Positions 61,754 to 64,000 of a stretch of DNA of 64,000 nt are shown one piece after another. The stretch covers positions 22,816,001 through 22,880,000 of the forward strand of contig NC_043003.1 in assembly GCF_006345805.1 (NCBI RefSeq). Direction: 5' to 3'. The notes beneath the pieces are model-generated. The model ran no database searches and had not been told where the DNA came from. It saw only the letters and a program-made list of their open reading frames with translations. A program made the translations under genes and the position numbers. Origin of the DNA: Octopus sinensis. Taxonomy: Eukaryota. How positions within the stretch are numbered: the first letter of the stretch is position 1; the number at the start of each line of letters is the position of its first letter.

Positions 61754-61811
61754 ATCCCACTGATGAAGCAGCGTATATTTTTATGCAAACCTAGAAATCG
61801 AGATCTGGGAT
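61754..61811 (+). ncRNA. Degenerate type I hammerhead-like motif
   Basis: Helix I ATCCCA/TGGGAT, CTGATGA (61760-61766), GAAA (61794-61797), helix III ATC-GA-GAT with ATC triplet. Helix II closure is imperfect. Confidence 0.4.
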
Positions 61812-62839
61812 TATCCAATAATGTTTTGCTAGTTTATTTGTCTATTTGTCTTTTCTCCTGGTGCTGTATGAAGAGAGAAATAGAAAGATAGATAGATAGA
61901 TTGATAGAGAGAGAGAGAGAGAGAAAATTTAAAGACATTGGTGTATTTATATACGAGATTCATTTACAAATTAAGCAAGAGGTTAAAAAATCCATTTGGA
62001 AACTAACAAAATGATATGTAATATTAATTTAGAATATGTAATATTAATTTAGAAACTTCGAGAGAACTTGAAACAATTTTTTTTCTTTTTGACATTTGAA
62101 CACAAAGTAGACAATGCCATAAATAAAATCGTTTAAACTAACAAAATGAAAAGAAAAACAATTCTGCAGGAGCAAAAAAGAAAAGAAAAAGAAAATGTAC
62201 AACTTACAAAGCTGATTGTTAAGAAAGGCCCGGAGAAGTCTTAGAAATAAGTGTATGAGATTGATATTTCATTATAGTGAAGGAGAGATACTTGACAGGT
62301 ATAGGAACATACTAAATGAGCGAAAACACCGAGATGAGTAACAAAAGGGATAATAAAATTAGGGATAGTAAACCGTGTGCATATCATATATGTGTGTGTG
62401 TATGTGTGTATGTGTATGTGTGTGTGGTAGTTGTTGTGGTGGGAGTTTGTAATTTCGCTTCCTTCTTGCCAGGGAATGACGTCATTTTCGGTAACATGAA
62501 ACTTCTCCAGGTGTCTTAAGAAATGACGCCGCTTATCAAGAAGTATGTTGATCTGTTACGGGGATCTACGCTCCTCTGAATTAATTTGATAGTTTAAAAG
62601 TTCTTACAGAACTTACATTTGCTACAAACATACCCGTATACAAACATAACTGTATTGCTTCGGAAGATGGTCACGTCTATCTTTCGTTGAATTAGTTCTT
62701 CGTTCTGCTAGGAATAACTAAATATTTCGGTATCTGCGATAATTATATTTTGTTTTTTTATTTATTTTAACCATACATTTCATTTAATCATTCCTCGTCG
62801 ATCTTTAAGCAGATCTTCACAAATCTAAACCAAATCACA

Positions 62840-62950
62840 GTTGTAAATATACCTATATCTTTATGTATGTATGTATGTATGTATGTATGTATGTATGTAT
62901 GTATGTATGTATGTATGTATGTATGTATGTATGTATGTATTATGTATGCT
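62840..62950. repeat. (ATGT)n microsatellite
   Basis: Direct reading. Confidence 0.95.
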
Positions 62951-62953
62951 TAT

Positions 62954-63215
62954 GTGGAGGCGCATGGCTTAGTGGTTAGGGTGTCAGCATCATGATCGTA
63001 AGATTGTGGTTTCGATTCCTGGACCGGGCGACGCGTTGTGTTCTTGAGCAAAACACCTCATTTCACGTTGCTCCAGTCCACTCAGCTGGCAAAAATGAGT
63101 AACACTGCGATGGACTTGCAACCCGTCCAGCAGGGGGGAACACATGCGCCATTGAAACCGGGAAATCGGGCCCACGAACCTGGCTAGGCTTTAAAAGGGC
63201 GCATAAAAAATAAAA
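62954..63215 (+). mobile_element. SINE head D with tail 3, full length
   Basis: gtggaggcgcatggcttagtggttagg..gtttcgattcc head, CORE-like gtgttcttgagcaaaacac segment, and the tail shared with head C copies at 25103 and 58636. Confidence 0.9.
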
Positions 63216-63445
63216 TGTATTCTTGTATGTATTATGTTATATGTATGTGTGTCATTCCCTTTTATTTCAAAATGTCATGCCAATAGAGAAAGAGCCGGTT
63301 TTAATCTAAATCCAAGGTTCTCTCATTGGAATTTCAACATCAACAGAATATTTTTATTTGTATATATATGTGCAGACTTGTATGTTTTGTTTTATGTATG
63401 TATTCTCATACATATAGTTGCATATCTTGACACGTTCGTCTATAC

Positions 63446-63630
63446 TTAAATGATAAATTTCTTGAAAGTTTTACAGATTTCTATAGTTCCAGTGATGGCT
63501 TGGATTTGTAGTCTTCGAATCAGCTTTCTCCTTTCTAGTTTTGAGAGGCCTAATTTCTCAAAATTGTTATTAAGGCAGTATGCTACATATCCCAGTGCCC
63601 CAATAATTACAGGTTTAAACCTGAACTTGT
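63446..63630 (-). pseudogene. Extreme 3' end of an RLE-type LINE ORF
   Basis: YKFRFKPVIIGALGYV..LEKLGL..LIRRLQIQAITGTIEICKTF* resembles the PV.IGALG C-terminus of R4/Dong-like elements. Confidence 0.55.
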
Positions 63631-63687
63631 ATTTATGTATTAATGAATGTATGTATTTATGCATGTGTGTATGTTTGTATGTATTTG

Positions 63688-63752
<65 letters not shown>

Positions 63753-64000
63753 ATTTGTGTGTATTTATATATGAGTGTGTATGTGTGTCCTATGTATGTG
63801 CGTGTGTGTGTACGTATACTTAAATTCAATTATGATGTACGTTAATGGCAAAACAATCATACACATATACAAGGCAACAGCAATAAAGTATTATTGCTGC
63901 ATGGTTTAAACATAAGTGTACAATGTGGAAAATTTCCATAAATCTTGAAAGATTTCCAGTAATGATTTATAAAGAACATTTTAGGATGATTATTACACAT

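Noticed and set aside
62475-62486. Palindromic CRE site (AATGACGTCATT) and a nearby possible micro-exon
   Set aside because: One 8-12 bp motif in 64 kb is weak evidence, and there is no promoter context or splice support.

Overview
This is AT-rich eukaryotic intronic or intergenic DNA. Its SINE families and very high microsatellite density suggest a coleoid cephalopod, probably Octopus (inference from memory, not a database result). No host protein-coding gene, rRNA, tRNA gene or CRISPR array can be supported. Nearly all ORFs in the track are read-throughs of microsatellites or repeats. Family names A-F and the SINE head/tail numbers are working labels for this window only. The window holds: (i) about 35 copies or fragments of four tRNA-derived SINE groups, with head-to-tail multimers and head/tail shuffling; (ii) a full-length decayed maT/DD37D-type Tc1/mariner element; (iii) a 2.8 kb R4/Dong-like RLE LINE inside a TAA-repeat hot-spot, along with an older RLE relic and two copies of a TAA-flanked non-autonomous element; (iv) RTE and CR1/L2 fragments; (v) a Penelope-like pLTR-GIY-YIG-pLTR element lacking RT. 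The most interesting signal is a set of hammerhead-ribozyme-like folds. Two short palindromic elements (47606-47924 and 59435-59613) look like MITEs, but each arm carries an outward-pointing hammerhead-like motif with a short or palindromic helix III. Solo hammerhead-like motifs occur at 21784, 57452 and 61754. Coordinates of old repeats are approximate (about 10-20 bp). All folds and translations were done by eye.
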